Part shown: in pieces, positions 63,948-64,000 of the stretch
Position numbering within the stretch: the stretch's first letter is position 1
Layout of the letters: each line of letters begins with the position of its first letter
From: Phascolarctobacterium sp.
Lineage (GTDB): Bacteria > Bacillota > Negativicutes > Acidaminococcales > Acidaminococcaceae
Assembly (NCBI GenBank): GCA_017623055.1
Contig: JAGAPX010000023.1
Location: 7,138 to 71,137 of the forward strand
DNA: 64,000 bases
Reading direction: 5' to 3'
The notes under the pieces: model-generated
What the model saw: the letters and a program-made list of their open reading frames with translations, nothing else
What the model was told of the DNA's origin: nothing
Databases searched by the model: none
Made by a program: the position numbers and the translations under genes

Positions 63948-64000
63948 ATGAAAAAGATGAGTAAAGGTATGTTAATGACTGCATTAATTTGTGGCGCAGT
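63948..64000 (+). CDS. 5' end of a gene for an exported protein (signal-peptide-like start), truncated by the window
   Basis: AAGGAG SD, ATG 63948, MKKMSKGMLMTALICGAV... Confidence 0.5.
   Translation, partial: MKKMSKGMLMTALICGA

Noticed and set aside
1-64000. tRNA, rRNA, CRISPR arrays, IS elements/transposases, integrases (other than xerC), prophage or known defence genes
   Set aside because: I recognised none while reading intergenic regions and ORF translations. The intergenic regions are short and are accounted for by promoters and terminators. This negative result is by eye only, and tRNAscan, Infernal, ISfinder and DefenseFinder would be needed to confirm it.

Overview
This 64-kb chromosomal segment reads like a diderm Firmicute (Negativicutes-like) genome. 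Nearly all genes are on the + strand and follow low-GC Gram-positive housekeeping synteny blocks: mltG-U32; aminopeptidase P-efp; trpS-scpA-scpB-rluB; cmk-plsC-ispH/S1-fni; asp23-amaP-nusB-xseAB-ispA-dxs-tlyA-nadK-argR-recN; dprA-topA-trmFO-xerC-codY. The window also encodes outer-membrane secretion machinery. The main accessory feature is a two-partner-secretion (type Vb) locus at 4.3-18.7 kb. It pairs an Omp85/POTRA TpsB transporter with a 4,217-aa TpsA-type exoprotein that carries about two dozen ~54-residue tandem modules. Terminators bracket it between efp and an M50-protease/trpS operon. A second, decaying accessory patch lies at 28.2-30.0 kb. It holds an autotransporter beta-barrel pseudogene (two in-frame stops, no passenger), a probable chimeric small-gene remnant, and a secreted papain-like (C39-like) cysteine peptidase flanked by homologous hairpins. 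Other points are an IspH-S1 fusion with an internal SD+ATG at the junction, a TsaD/Kae1 paralog, and a TAXI-TRAP operon with an intracistronic terminator. There is also an uncharacterised gene trio after recN-nudF, an orphan Arc-type RHH gene, and an orphan hydF. A CodY box precedes an xerC-codY operon that lacks hslVU, and a MerR-type 19-bp-spacer promoter has a duplicated 24-nt box. I recognised no rRNA, tRNA, CRISPR, IS or prophage features. All family assignments come from motif recognition by eye, with no searches run, and coordinates of small sites were counted by hand.
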